Below the pieces are notes generated by a model. That model was not told where the DNA came from. It saw nothing but the letters and a program-made list of their open reading frames with translations, and searched no databases. Both the position numbers and the translations under genes were made by a program. Positions 1 through 11,500 of a stretch of 64,000 nucleotides of DNA are shown here, one piece after another. The stretch's first letter is position 1; every line of letters begins with the position of its first letter. The stretch lies in the NCBI GenBank assembly GCA_964019335.1, contig OZ025668.1:62001-126000 (forward strand). Direction: 5' to 3'. This DNA is from Diplonema japonicum. Its lineage: Eukaryota > Protista > Euglenozoa: Diplonemea.

Positions 1-2015
1 CTTACCTCCTCGAGCAGATACGTATCCTGATCAGTCTGCCTTTTGGCCACCACGTGGGTGTAGAAAAAGAAAAAGGGGAGAGTGATGAAGTAGCTAGTGG
101 ACGCCGGAAAGCTATAAAGGCTGCACTGCCCGGGGGTACCCCATTTTTAGACAAAGTCAAAAGACTCGTTCTTGGAGGGGTGGGAGGGATGGGAGGGGGC
201 TTTCTTTTGCTTTGTTGTATTAGGTCGGACAAAAGATTCAGGAAATCAAAAAAAAAAAAAAGAGAATTAAAACATGCCTTGATTATTTTTTTTCTTTTCT
301 TTTTTTTGTATTATTTTATCTTAGAAAGAAATCTCACCATTCAAACAAGGTCATCGAAAAAGGTTACAAACCTCGAAATCTCCGACCAAAAATATGCTTC
401 CTAGTGAACCTATCGCTTTCTTTTTTTTTTTTTTTCATCTTTTCGTTTTTTGTTCAAGGAAATAGAGAAGACCCTGCTAGCAAATCTATCTTCTGAAGTT
501 ATCATACATTAGAAAAACTAGTCATGGGTGGAGGGGGGGGGGATATCTTAAAGGCGTTATTGAAAAAGAGAAAAAACAAGAGCATCTCCTGCAACTTCAT
601 GTGTAAGAGAATTGCCCAGTCTGATGGCGATCAGCAGGCAGGTGCCACGCAGGACGTGAAGGCTCCCTGTGGGTGTCCATCCGGCCATAGAAGGACAGCA
701 TTGCACACAACCGTAGTGTTCCTGCCTTGCTCCAGTAAGAAAATAGATAAGAAAAAACAGATTAGAGAAGAAAAAAAAAAAAGGCAAGAGAACAAAAATA
801 GGGGTCCTCTGTTTGTTTCTACCACTATGAACATAAGTGTCCTTATTTCTAAAGGAAAAAGAAAAGGGGGGACGTAACTTTTTCTCTCTTCTTGTTTCTT
901 TTTTTTTTTTTTTTTTCTTGCTTCTCTCTTTCACCCCAAAAGAAGAAGTCGGTCAAACGTTGTTCTGTACTGCTGTCCATGGTGCTTTGGAAAGGAGAAG
1001 AATTCTTCCATGGACAGAGTGTTGGAACCTTAAGAAGAACAAAAGTCACGGCCTGTCGACACAAGCTGCTACTCGGAAAATAAAAATTTAAGCTTTTTGT
1101 TGCCTCACACTTTTCGCGTTTAGTAGGGGGGAGGGGTCAAAAAAAAAAGGCGATGTTTTTCAAGGGCAAATCCCACTTGGGGACTACCCTTAAAAAAAAT
1201 AAGAACGAAGGAAACGAAGGATAACAACTCGACAAAAAAAAAAGTCTATCTTTTTTTGCAGTGCGCTGCTTGGCACCCACCACGGGCTGGGGATCCTACA
1301 CCTGCATGCAAAGAAAGGTGGGTTAGCGCAAGCAGCACCACGGCCTTCAAAGATCTCATTCTGGAAGCCAGTGCACACCAAATGAGGTTACGCAAAACGG
1401 AGAAAATTAAGGGCGAAGCAAAAAATCCTCAAAATCAGTTTGTGTGTTCGTGCCTAAGGCTGTTAAGGAGGCACGCTAACATCAAAATAAAAAAAGGGGG
1501 GGATGCGTTTGTACAACTCCTCTTCTCCCAACCTAAATTCACCCATTATCACATGCCTGAACTACATGGAGGGGATGCACAAAAACCACAATCACCATGA
1601 GATGAGAGAGAGAACTGATAGCGCTAAAAAAAGGGGGAACATAAAGCAATTGGGTGCAAAATCAAGTAACGTTGCGCAAGAAGAAAAACAATATTTAGGC
1701 AGCACGGGGGAAAATAAAAATACAAGAGACTAAAATAAAATAAAAAAAGAAAAGAAAAGACGAAGAAGAATATACAATCTAACCTCAGTCTAGCTCCCTT
1801 TTTTCTTCTCATTGTAATACAAGCTTTTAATGGGAAAATAAAATAAAAATGGAACACAGTATCCCTACAGTAAACTATTACTGACAGCAGAAGAGAACGT
1901 GGGTACATCCCTTTCCCCTTTTTTATCTTCATGAACCTTCCTTCTTTTTTTTCTTTTTTCTTTTCATTCTCATTTTTCATTTTTCTACCAGAGGCCGGGG
2001 GATTCATTCTCAACT

Positions 2016-2600
2016 CTAACAGATATCAGGGGTCTTCATATTAGAGTCCTGGCTGAAACATCTAGAGATGAGTAACGCACAGAAAGCAAAGACGGCAACA
2101 GGAGTTGCTGTCATAAGCTTCAGCACTGTGAAGTGGGAGAGTATAGTAGCAGCAGAGGCGCTAGAGCCATCAGAATACAACCTGAGGCTGTGAAGGATAA
2201 GTATGTTCTCACCTATATCAAAGACCATCGGTACCAGAGACATGTACGAGAATGCATATAACGGGACCTCCCAGAACCCGGAGATACGACTGCCTGCGGT
2301 GACAAAGCACGCAGCCAAGAAGGGGTAGATGCTCAATATCAATACAGTGTCTACAAAGACAGTGTGCACCACGTGCACGGTGCGACCCTCGCCGAGTTCC
2401 CGCAGCCAACTATCGAGGTCTTGTTCCCCATACGTGCCCGGGAAACTTTTACACTGCACATCCAGTATCCCCACAACCCCACCGCTCGCGTGTCTTAAAT
2501 AGAAGTGAATCGCGATAGAAATGACGTACGCTACGGCGGCCACTACCCCAAGCAGCCGCAGCCACCTCTTCAAGAACTCTTTCGCAGAAACGCAGCACAT
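2016..2600 (-). CDS. Multi-pass (about 4 TM) membrane protein resembling bacterial hypothetical membrane proteins with a D-x-x-E-N motif
   Basis: Hydrophobic segments; motifs TYGEQDLDSWLRELGEGR, VDTVLILSIYP and FDIGEN. Start taken at ATG 2600, just after the acceptor-like ...ctatacAG, rather than the ORF start at 2684. Confidence 0.7.
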   Translation of the reverse strand: MCCVSAKEFLKRWLRLLGVVAAVAYVISIAIHFYLRHASGGVVGILDVQCKSFPGTYGEQDLDSWLRELGEGRTVHVVHTVFVDTVLILSIYPFLAACFVTAGSRISGFWEVPLYAFSYMSLVPMVFDIGENILILHSLRLYSDGSSASAATILSHFTVLKLMTATPVAVFAFCALLISRCFSQDSNMKTPDIC

Positions 2601-2680
2601 GTTGCGCCTGTATAGAAGATGGTTTCGTTGGATGGCAGAATAGATTGAAATACTGGCTACACTATAGCGTATTAACATTT

Positions 2681-5323
2681 TCACACAATCGGGTCGTCTG
2701 GGATCAAACGAAACTTCAGCAGACAGCTTTGCAGCGCCTCGCTGAAGTTTGGGTCATCGATCTGCAGATGTGGATGATGGTGGGTGCATACCTGGTTCGA
2801 GTACTCAATGAGGTGCTGCGTCACCTGTTTTGCCAGCTCCTCTTCCTCCAGCAGCGAAATGTCCTCAACAGCGTCGATGTCTGTCTTCGACACTTCTCTC
2901 TTGACCTTGAGCATCTGCGTCTCTATCCTAGCGGTGGCTTCCTTGAAGTCATCTGACTCTCTCTCCAGCTTCTCCTTCGTCTCCTTTATGAGATGTAACC
3001 TGGACGCCAGCTCTTCCCTGTTCCGTTGCTGGTCGGTCAACTCTTGCAGCTTCGACATCTCTGTCTTCAGGAAGTCTTTCATGTCGTTAGCCCGCCTGTT
3101 CACCAGCTGCTGGATCTCTCTGTTCTTCACCTCCAGCCCCTTCTTTGTTGCCACTTCAACATCGTTGTCGCCTGCTTTCTTAAATTGTGTTTTATACTGT
3201 ACGTTGCACCCCTTCAGAATGGCAAGCGTCTTGTCCATCTTTCTTGCCTCCTTCTCAACTCGCTTGATCTCTGCGTCCAAGTTGTCCCCTTGTACCTGCA
3301 GCATCTCCCTTTCTTTTGCTGTTTTTACGATGTACTGAGCATGTGTCATTTCACCGTCCGGGTTTTCATCTTCCTTACTGATTCTGCTGATTAGCACTTG
3401 GAATCTATTCTTCAGATGATTGACCTTGGACTCTCTCTCCCGCAGCTCCATAGCCAACTGGCGTCTCTCCTCTTCGCCTGTCTTCACTTCCATGTTCAGC
3501 ACCTCCTTGTGCACTTTGATCTCAGTCTCGCGCTCCTCGATTGTCACTGTCAGCTGTTCTTTCCTGTTCTCCAACCCCAGCAGCTCGTTCCCTCTCTGGT
3601 TCACCAGGCTCCGCAGCCTGTTTACCTGCAGTTGCAGAACATCGTTCTGTACCATGAGCCCCTCCTTCTTCTTCAGCAGGACGTTCAGCTCTGTTTGACA
3701 GCTTTCATTCTCAAGCGTTAGTTCCAAGATGACATCTGTGATCCCCTTCTGGTCCTTCTCCTTTCCTTCCAAGTCGATCTTAGCCTGCCTCACGTCATCT
3801 GTCACCCTTTTAACCTGCAAGTCCAGCACCTTGTGTTGCTTGAGAAGGTCGTCAAGCATAGTTTGCAGCATTGCGATCTTTTCCTTCAGCTCTTTCCTTT
3901 CTTCTTCCGTCCGCTCTCCTTTAGCTCTGTTCACTTTTCGCTCCATTTGCTGCACTTGGAACTCAACGTTATACAAAAGCTCCTGCTGTTTGAAGGACTC
4001 CTGGTCTAGCTGGTTTATCTTCGCCAACATGTTCTTATTCTGCGCTTGGGCGCCGCTGATCTCGGCTAAGTAGTTTGCCTGCCCTTTCCGAACGGTGTAC
4101 AGCTCTTGCGACTTGTTATACTGCTCGTCTTTCAGCTGCTGCATCTCCTGGTCGAGGGACTTTAGAGACTGCTCTGTCTGCGACAGCAAGTCATGCACGA
4201 GCTTGTTCTGCCCCTCCAAGTCTTTCGCCTGTTCGTTCTCGTTTTGCAGTCGGCTGATGGTCTTCTCATGAGACTTCATCATCAGCTCATAGCTTGTCTG
4301 CTTCGTGTCTAATTGCTTCGTCTGCTGCACCTTATCTTGGTTTCTCGCATTCAGGTCCGCCAGTGCCTTGTTTAGGGTGTTTTTCAACACCTCTAATTCA
4401 TCATCGAGCTCTGCAAGGTGTTGCGAGATCAGCAGATGGTCTGACCTGTACTTGCTGAGGACACGCTCCTCTTGTAGTATCTTGTTGTCCAGCTCCTTGT
4501 TGTTCTGCTGCTCGACATTCAAGAAGGCGCTCCTGTCTTGAAGTTGCTCGGTACGCCTTGCCAACCACTGCTTGCCTTCGGCAAATCTTTCCCTTGCAGC
4601 GTTGATGACCTGGTCTCTCTTGTGCATGGCGTGAACCGCGTCTTCCCACTGCTCCACAAGCTCTTGTCGCTCTTTGTGTAATCTTCTGAAGTCCTCTGCC
4701 GTCTTGTCCAACTCTATCTGCGCCGCTTGCGTTTCAGTAATCTCATCCTCGACGTGCTTCTTCTTCTCTTGCACGGCTCTTGAGAGCTTCTCAATCTGCA
4801 GGTTCAGCTCTTTCACTTTTGAAGAGTCTTCTTTGCAGTACCTTTCGAGAGCCTGGGTGTCGTCTTCCTTCTGCTTTCTAGCCAGGTCCCATTGCTCTAG
4901 CTCCTCCTGTTGGAAGCTCATTGAAGCTTTGAACTCGTCCATCTTCACGTTGCCATGGAAGATGCTGTTCTGGATGGAGTCGATCTTTTCTTGCAAGTCG
5001 TTCTGCTCGCGCACGAATCTTTCCATTTCCTGCGTCACGCGTCCCATCTCTCTGTCTGCTATCTGTGCCAGGTGGTCCTCCGTCTCGATCTCCCTCCGCT
5101 TCGCATCGTACAACAGCTGCGTGTTGGTGATCTCTTGCTTCACATTCTTCAAGTGATCCAACATAAAGCTCACTCGCGACGTGTTCTCGTCCACGTCTCT
5201 TCCCTTGTTCTCGATCTCCAGCTCATAGGCTTTCATCTGGTTTGTGAGCTCCTTGTTCACAGCGTTGAGCATCTGCGGCGGCAGCATGTCCGCGCCATCG
5301 TTCACATCCGGTATGTCGTCCAT
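2681..5323 (-). CDS. CCDC39: Coiled-coil domain-containing protein 39 (axonemal 96-nm ruler, FAP59 orthologue)
   Basis: 880-aa coiled coil with family motifs HLKNVKQE, ETEDHLAQIADRE, QIELDKTAEDFRRLHKERQELVEQWE, QQELLYNVEFQVQQMERKV and LQVQGDNLDAEI. Probable 30-nt in-frame intron at 2762-2791. Confidence 0.9.
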   Translation of the reverse strand: MDDIPDVNDGADMLPPQMLNAVNKELTNQMKAYELEIENKGRDVDENTSRVSFMLDHLKNVKQEITNTQLLYDAKRREIETEDHLAQIADREMGRVTQEMERFVREQNDLQEKIDSIQNSIFHGNVKMDEFKASMSFQQEELEQWDLARKQKEDDTQALERYCKEDSSKVKELNLQIEKLSRAVQEKKKHVEDEITETQAAQIELDKTAEDFRRLHKERQELVEQWEDAVHAMHKRDQVINAARERFAEGKQWLARRTEQLQDRSAFLNVEQQNNKELDNKILQEERVLSKYRSDHLLISQHLAELDDELEVLKNTLNKALADLNARNQDKVQQTKQLDTKQTSYELMMKSHEKTISRLQNENEQAKDLEGQNKLVHDLLSQTEQSLKSLDQEMQQLKDEQYNKSQELYTVRKGQANYLAEISGAQAQNKNMLAKINQLDQESFKQQELLYNVEFQVQQMERKVNRAKGERTEEERKELKEKIAMLQTMLDDLLKQHKVLDLQVKRVTDDVRQAKIDLEGKEKDQKGITDVILELTLENESCQTELNVLLKKKEGLMVQNDVLQLQVNRLRSLVNQRGNELLGLENRKEQLTVTIEERETEIKVHKEVLNMEVKTGEEERRQLAMELRERESKVNHLKNRFQVLISRISKEDENPDGEMTHAQYIVKTAKEREMLQVQGDNLDAEIKRVEKEARKMDKTLAILKGCNVQYKTQFKKAGDNDVEVATKKGLEVKNREIQQLVNRRANDMKDFLKTEMSKLQELTDQQRNREELASRLHLIKETKEKLERESDDFKEATARIETQMLKVKREVSKTDIDAVEDISLLEEEELAKQVTQHLIEYSNQVCTHHHPHLQIDDPNFSEALQSCLLKFRLIPDDPIV
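2762..2791 (-). other. Spliceosomal intron, 30 nt, phase 0, in frame
   Basis: CAG|GTATGCACCCACCATCATCCACATCTGCAG|ATC; removes the out-of-character peptide VCTHHHPHLQ. Confidence 0.7.
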
Positions 5324-5367
5324 GTCTCCTGTGTGTTATTAATGGTGAAACATAATGGTGCAACTAA

Positions 5368-6417
5368 TTATCCCAACTTAGGCTGGCCCTTACACTTATT
5401 GAAGCTGATACTACCATTCATTCTCCTTAGTACCTCTGCACCGTTCTTGCTGAAACTGTGTGATGTGATACACGTGCTGCCTGTGTGCGAGAGCTGCAGC
5501 CCTGCCCTGCGCAGCAGTGACAGTTCTTTCATGTTGAACCCTAGTGCGCCACGGACCGGCTTCACGCCTGTTACTTTCGCTTGTGACCACAAGGTTTTCG
5601 AGAGGAACTTGTGTGTGATATTTGAAACGGCTCGTAGCGCGACGAGGTCAGGGAAGGGGAGGAAGGAGGCAACGGCCGAGCACAACGAGGGTGAGGAAAA
5701 GGGGGACGTGGCCTCTTCTTCTTTTTGTTCGATGTGCTGGAAGGCACCCGCGAACTGGCAGGCGTAAGCAAAGCAGTCGAAAAGATCTGCTTCAGCTGAC
5801 TTGCTGACATGAAGAAGAACTGGGAGGTCGCAAGGGCCTATCCTGTCCATAACCATGACAACACCTGCTGTCGCTAGGATGTGCGGGGCAAAGCATCTCA
5901 TGAGAGGTGGAGTGCAGCAGATGGACACGATGCTATTATAGCACTCGCTTGGTGGCACAGAAATGTGATGCTCAGAGGCCTCAGTCAGCACAACCTCCAG
6001 CACCCTGAAGGGGCTGTGAACCATCAGGTCAAAGTCGATGCTGTTCATGATGTCCAGCTCGTACGATATGACCGTCTCCTCCTCTACACCTTGCATCACA
6101 CTCGACAGCCTGCTGACAAATTCCTGCCGACTGAGGTGCACATCATTGCACTTCACACCCAGGTAGAGGGCTGAAGTGAAAACATACATGTCCTCACCCA
6201 CCTCCCGCGTACCCACTTCTTTGTCTTCCCTGCAGTAGTAGCGCTCCAAAAACATTGCCGCCGAACAGAATACGTTCAAGTTCAACCTTACACGCCTACA
6301 CACATCGTAACACAGGCACAGCACACCCCACAACTTCTCGAGCCTTGCTTGTGACCTCTGCACTACAACCTGCAGTTTCTCCAAGCTCCTCCTGTGGCTT
6401 GATGACTCCCAGTCCAT
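5368..6417 (-). CDS. Transcriptional-type cyclin (cyclin C/H-like box) with C-terminal F-box-like motif
   Basis: Cyclin-box motifs SAAMFLERYY, ALYLGVKCND and YELDIMNSIDFDLMVHSPFR; then LCSAVASFLPFPDLVALRAVSNITH. Start at ATG 6417, after an AG. Confidence 0.75.
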   Translation of the reverse strand: MDWESSSHRRSLEKLQVVVQRSQARLEKLWGVLCLCYDVCRRVRLNLNVFCSAAMFLERYYCREDKEVGTREVGEDMYVFTSALYLGVKCNDVHLSRQEFVSRLSSVMQGVEEETVISYELDIMNSIDFDLMVHSPFRVLEVVLTEASEHHISVPPSECYNSIVSICCTPPLMRCFAPHILATAGVVMVMDRIGPCDLPVLLHVSKSAEADLFDCFAYACQFAGAFQHIEQKEEEATSPFSSPSLCSAVASFLPFPDLVALRAVSNITHKFLSKTLWSQAKVTGVKPVRGALGFNMKELSLLRRAGLQLSHTGSTCITSHSFSKNGAEVLRRMNGSISFNKCKGQPKLG

Positions 6418-6546
6418 CTTACATATTACCTGGGGTATGGCCGGCTTTAAGGAATTATGCGAAAACAAAATACAATACATCCAAAAACATACTCTGTTCT
6501 CTCTCCTTCTCATACACACAAGGAAAAAAAAGATACAATACAAAGC

Positions 6547-8235
6547 CTATTCTTCGGCAAAACTTACTACACTTTCGCCCCTATGCATGCTTTCCATACT
6601 TGGGTGCGGATGTACCTCTGAAGAGCTCGCAGGTGCGAAAGGTGCGCTTGCAGGCTGGCTAAGGTGCTGGCTTGCCGTACTGATTGGCTGGCTCAGTGGC
6701 TGACTCGCAGGGTCCACAACACTGGCAGCCACGGCACTGGTGGGCTGCGTGGTCTGACTCTGATAGTCTTGCAGATTATCTTGCGGTATACTCTGGTGAG
6801 AAGCGGGCGCAGGATGCTCGTCAGGATGAAATTCATCAGCACCACAAGGAGAAGTGGACTCGCCCCTCACTGGTTCGAAAGAAGGGGAAGCGGTCCCAGT
6901 CGCAGACTGATCCAGTACAGTAGATGGTGTGGGTGGCTGAACCACAAGACCAATCACTTGTGACGTAGGAGCAGACAGCATGGGCTCGCTCTGCACGGGC
7001 TCTGACACATGCATTTGCTCAGCTTCTGAAGCCGCAGCTGGCTCTGGTTGGAACTCAGGTTGATACTGCTCAGACTCTGGCGCTTCCATTTCCTCTTGTG
7101 GCTCTGGTTCCCACTGTGCTTCCTGCTGCTCAGCGACCTCGTCCTCTTCGTCATACTTCACAGAAACCACTCCGGCAGACTTCACGCCCTCCGACTGCGC
7201 GGCGGATACGTAGCTAACGGGCTCTTGGTGGTCCTCTGGCGCTTCTTTGTTCATCTTTGCTTCGCGTTTCAGCGCCTCAAGCAGCCCCTCACCTGCCCTG
7301 TAATCCTTCATGATTGCTTCCTCTGACCTGCGCTCTATCTGAGCAGATAACGGCCGCGAGAGTCTGGATGGGGACACTGGCACCCTGCTGCCCTCGCTGG
7401 GGGCTCCGATGGTGGAAGGGTTCATGTTCGTCACTAAGGATTTGTCCTGCAGCTCAATGCCGCACGAAAGCTTCAAGCGTGCCCGTGTCATCAGCTCCTG
7501 CACACGGTTGTTCACTGCATTCTCCATGTCCGAAGCCCCGAATCTCGCAGGTGGGGGAGGGGAATGGTAATGATGGGAATGAGATGGCGATGGAACATTG
7601 ATGATCTGCACTACTGGAGAGGGCGAAACTGGTGCTGCGTAAGGAACCTGTGCGTGGTACAGCTGCGTAGGAAAAACGTGAAGAGGTGAAGCAATAGGAA
7701 TAGCGGGCGCCACCGGGACCGGGATGGCATGAGGACTTGCCGGGAGGCATGGTGAGGGCTGGTACACGACTCGTGGAGATGTATCATTCAGCAAATGGAC
7801 ACAAGTACGCAATGCTTCCTCTTCGGCATACTTGTCTTGAAGGTTTTGCAAGAGGGCCGCCTCCTTTCTGCTATTAGTAATATCGCGCTCCGCATCACGG
7901 ATCTCCTGCTCGGCCTTTTTTATACGAGCTTCAGACTCAGCACGCAGGCTTGCGAGTCTCCTTTGCTCTTCGACCTCGTGCTGAGGGACAAGTCGCGGGG
8001 GCACATAAAGAGGATCCCTGTTGGGGCTGAGTATGGGCGGTGGGCTATAAGCTGGGCTCGTTCTAACCACACCCTCGGGGGGTGGAGACATGGTGACGCC
8101 TGCCTCGAGGCTCTGCATCTTCTGCTCCACCCGGTCCAGGGAATTGACGGCGCTGTTATGAATCCCAATCCCGAAGTTCGACATCTCGGCCCTGATCGAA
8201 GCAAGCCGTGCGTCGAGTGCTACTTGGTCCGTCAT
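6547..8235 (-). CDS. Hypothetical Pro/Ser/Glu-rich protein with a short coiled coil
   Basis: Long ORF with coding-like composition; ATG 8235 preceded by CAG and a U-rich tract. Confidence 0.7.
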   Translation of the reverse strand: MTDQVALDARLASIRAEMSNFGIGIHNSAVNSLDRVEQKMQSLEAGVTMSPPPEGVVRTSPAYSPPPILSPNRDPLYVPPRLVPQHEVEEQRRLASLRAESEARIKKAEQEIRDAERDITNSRKEAALLQNLQDKYAEEEALRTCVHLLNDTSPRVVYQPSPCLPASPHAIPVPVAPAIPIASPLHVFPTQLYHAQVPYAAPVSPSPVVQIINVPSPSHSHHYHSPPPPARFGASDMENAVNNRVQELMTRARLKLSCGIELQDKSLVTNMNPSTIGAPSEGSRVPVSPSRLSRPLSAQIERRSEEAIMKDYRAGEGLLEALKREAKMNKEAPEDHQEPVSYVSAAQSEGVKSAGVVSVKYDEEDEVAEQQEAQWEPEPQEEMEAPESEQYQPEFQPEPAAASEAEQMHVSEPVQSEPMLSAPTSQVIGLVVQPPTPSTVLDQSATGTASPSFEPVRGESTSPCGADEFHPDEHPAPASHQSIPQDNLQDYQSQTTQPTSAVAASVVDPASQPLSQPISTASQHLSQPASAPFAPASSSEVHPHPSMESMHRGESVVSFAEE

Positions 8236-8525
8236 TGTATACCTGCTTGGATCAATAGAAATGGGCGACAGGAAAACAAATAAATCGAAGAGAATAACGC
8301 ACAAGCCAATCGCTTGATGTGCGTCCTGTTTTCTTTTTCTTTCAGTAGTTATTTTCTACTATTCACTTTTGTCCGTTTTTTTTTTTTTTTTTGTTGTTGC
8401 AGAGAAATGGTATACAAGAGGGGGGGAAAAAATAATAGTTTCTTGTTTCACATTTTATTTTAATATTTCAACAGTTCGGAAGCGCATTATGTAGGTGCTA
8501 TACACAAATCAAGGTAGGAGATGGC

Positions 8526-11500
8526 TCAGGACTTCTTAACAAGGTGAGCAGGAGGGACACCTTTCTTTGTCTCTCCATACTCTATACCGACACGTCCTCT
8601 GCTGATGCCAGTGACCTGAAATTGGTGTGTGGACGTGTTGTTGATGTCATACCTTTGCGTCGATGGGTTTCTGCCCTTCAGGGGTGTACTGTGCCGCGTC
8701 ACCTGCTGTCCATGCTGTAGTGTCGCACTGCCTCAAACAAGAGGCAGGCATCCCTACCTTTGTCTCATCTTCAAGTTCAACAGCAATTCTATTTCTAGAA
8801 TGACCTGTAACTTTGCCACTCTTGCCATCGTGTTCGCTGCCTGGCGCAACGACATGTACGTGGCTGCCTTCAGGAAGGCAGTCCTTCTCCTTCTTCACCG
8901 CACGAAGGGTGCTGTAAGGCAAACCCTTGGTCTCATCGCCCATCTGAACAGCCACTCTCCCCCTCCCGTGTCCCTTCACCGTCCCTACTTCACCGGTTGT
9001 CACAACCTCCACATTTGTCTCTACGGGGAAGGTCTCGTCCTGCACGGTGCGCAAGACGTCAGCTGGAACACCCACGACACCGTTCTCGGTCTCTACGCTC
9101 ACCCTACCCCTGAAATGCTTCTGCACCCAACCTGTCAAGCCATCAAGGTCAGCGCTATGTCCCTTAAATTGTACCTTTGAACCAATTGGGAATCTGTGGG
9201 TGGGTAGCGTCACTGCACGCAACATCCCTGCGGGCACACCCACAGTGGTGCCGTCCAACAAGCTCACGCCAACCCTTCCTCGAGTCACTGCACACACCCT
9301 GCCTGTCAAGCCTGCTGACTTCCCAGCCAGCACCTCCACTTCGCACCCAACATTGAAGCCCTGAGCAGCAGACTTCCCGCATGGGCGCAACTGTTCCGCC
9401 GGCACGCCCACCAACTCATCGTTCAACAGGCGTACACCGACCCTTCCTCTATGTGTGCCTTCCACTGTGCCTTCCAGACCGTTGTGCTCATCTTCTGTTG
9501 CAAGCACCACAAAGTCGCCCTTCTTGACCTTCTGCTCTGCCATCTTTCCAATAAGTCGCAGTCCATTAGCAGGCACACTGATGTTCGACCCATTGCGAAG
9601 CAACACGCCTACTCTGCCACGTGCAACGCCTGTTACTGTGCCTAGTAACCCAAAGTGATCGCTTTCGCTGACAACGACTTCTACTTCTGCTCCAAGGGCG
9701 AAGCCCTGATCGGCACCCAGCCCTTCCTTCCTCAGCAATGGTGCAGGAACACCAATTTTAGTACTGCATGAGAGCTCCACGCCTATCCGTCCACGTGTTA
9801 CGCCCGTCACGTTGCCGCATGTGCCGTTGTGCTCACCTCCAATCACGTGCACTCGCTCACCCTTCTTGAAGTGCAGGTCAGTGACTGTTGATTCCGATCG
9901 TAGTTGCTCTGGTGGAACACCAATGACAGTGCCGTTACGTAGTTCTACACCTATCCTCCCTCTGTTCTTTCCACAGACTTTTCCGACAAGGCCATTGATC
10001 TTGTCATCTTCGCAGACCACAACAACCTCTGTATCTTTTCTGAACTTCTGGCTTCCAGACATGCCACTGTCTTTGAGCTGACCGGCAGGCACACCTACCA
10101 CCTGTCCATTCCTCAATTCGACACCAACACGGCCCCTTACAACGCCCACCACACGGCCCTGCATGCCATTCGTCTGCTCGTTCTCGTTGACAACGTCCAC
10201 TTCCCTCCCAATAGGGAAGGCTTGCCGTGCTGTCTTTCCGCAGCTACGCAGCTGTTGAGGAGGTAGCCCTACCTTGTCACCGTTCTCAAGTTCAACACCA
10301 ACACGACCCCTGAAGTTCCCAGTGACCTTGCCGTGGCGTCCGTTCAGATCTTGGTTCTCGCAGGTGATATCAACAGCAGTCCCAACAGGGAAGGCTTGTG
10401 ATGCAGACTTGCCCGCAGCACGAAGCTGTTGTGGTGGGAGACCTACAACATCACCGTTCTCAAGTTCAACACCAACACGACCCCTGAAGTTCCCCGTTAC
10501 CTTGCCGTGACGGCCATTCAGATCTTGATTCTCGCAGACGATGTCAACAGCAGTCCCAACAGGGAAGGCCTGGGAAGCATTCTTCCCAGTAGAACGAAGC
10601 TGCTGAGGAGGGAGACCAACCTTGTCACCATTCTCAAGCTCGACACCAACACGGCCCCTGCAGTTCCCAGTGACCTTGCCGTGACGCCCGTTGAGGTCTT
10701 GATTCTCACAAACAATGTCAACAGCAGTCCCAACAGGGAAGGCCTGTGATGCAGACTTGCCCGCAGCACGAAGCTGCTGAGGAGGGAGACCAACCTTGTC
10801 ACCATTCTCAAGTTCAACACCAACACGGCCCCTGAAGTTCCCAGTGACCTTGCCGTGGCGACCGTTCAGGTCTTGATTCTCACAGACTATGTCAACAGCA
10901 GTCCCAATGGGGAAGGCCTGAGAAGCGTTCTTCCCGACAGAACGAAGCTGCTGAGGAGGTAGACCAACCTTGTCACCATTCTCAAGTTCAACACCAACAC
11001 GGCCCCTGAAGTTCCCAGTGACCTTGCCGTGGCGCCCGTTCAGGTCTTGATTCTCGCAGACGATGTCAACAGCAGTCCCAACAGGGAAGGCCTGTGATGC
11101 AGATTTGCCCGTAGCACGAAGCTGTTGAGGAGGTAGACCAACCTTGTCACCATTCTCAAGTTCAACACCAACACGACCCCTGCAGTTCCCCGTTACTTTG
11201 CCGTGGCGACCGTTGAGGTCTTGGTTCTCGCAGACGATGTCAACAGCAGTCCCAACTGGGCAGGCCTGAGAAGCGTTCTTTCCGACAGAACGAAGCTGCT
11301 GAGGAGGTAGACCTACCTTGTCGCCGTTCTCAAGTTCAACACCAACACGACCCCTGCAGTTCCCAGTGACCTTGCCGTGGCGACCATTCAAGTCTTGGTT
11401 TTCACAAACAATGTCAACAGCAGTCCCAACAGGGAAAGCTTGTGATGCAGACTTGCCCGCAGCACGAAGCTGCTGAGGAGGTAGACCTACCTTATCGCCG

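Noticed and set aside
5324-5400. Cyclin-CCDC39 fusion through an intron ending at the CAG before 5323
   Set aside because: The GT donors I tested give a wrong frame or a TGA at the junction, and CCDC39 looks complete on its own.
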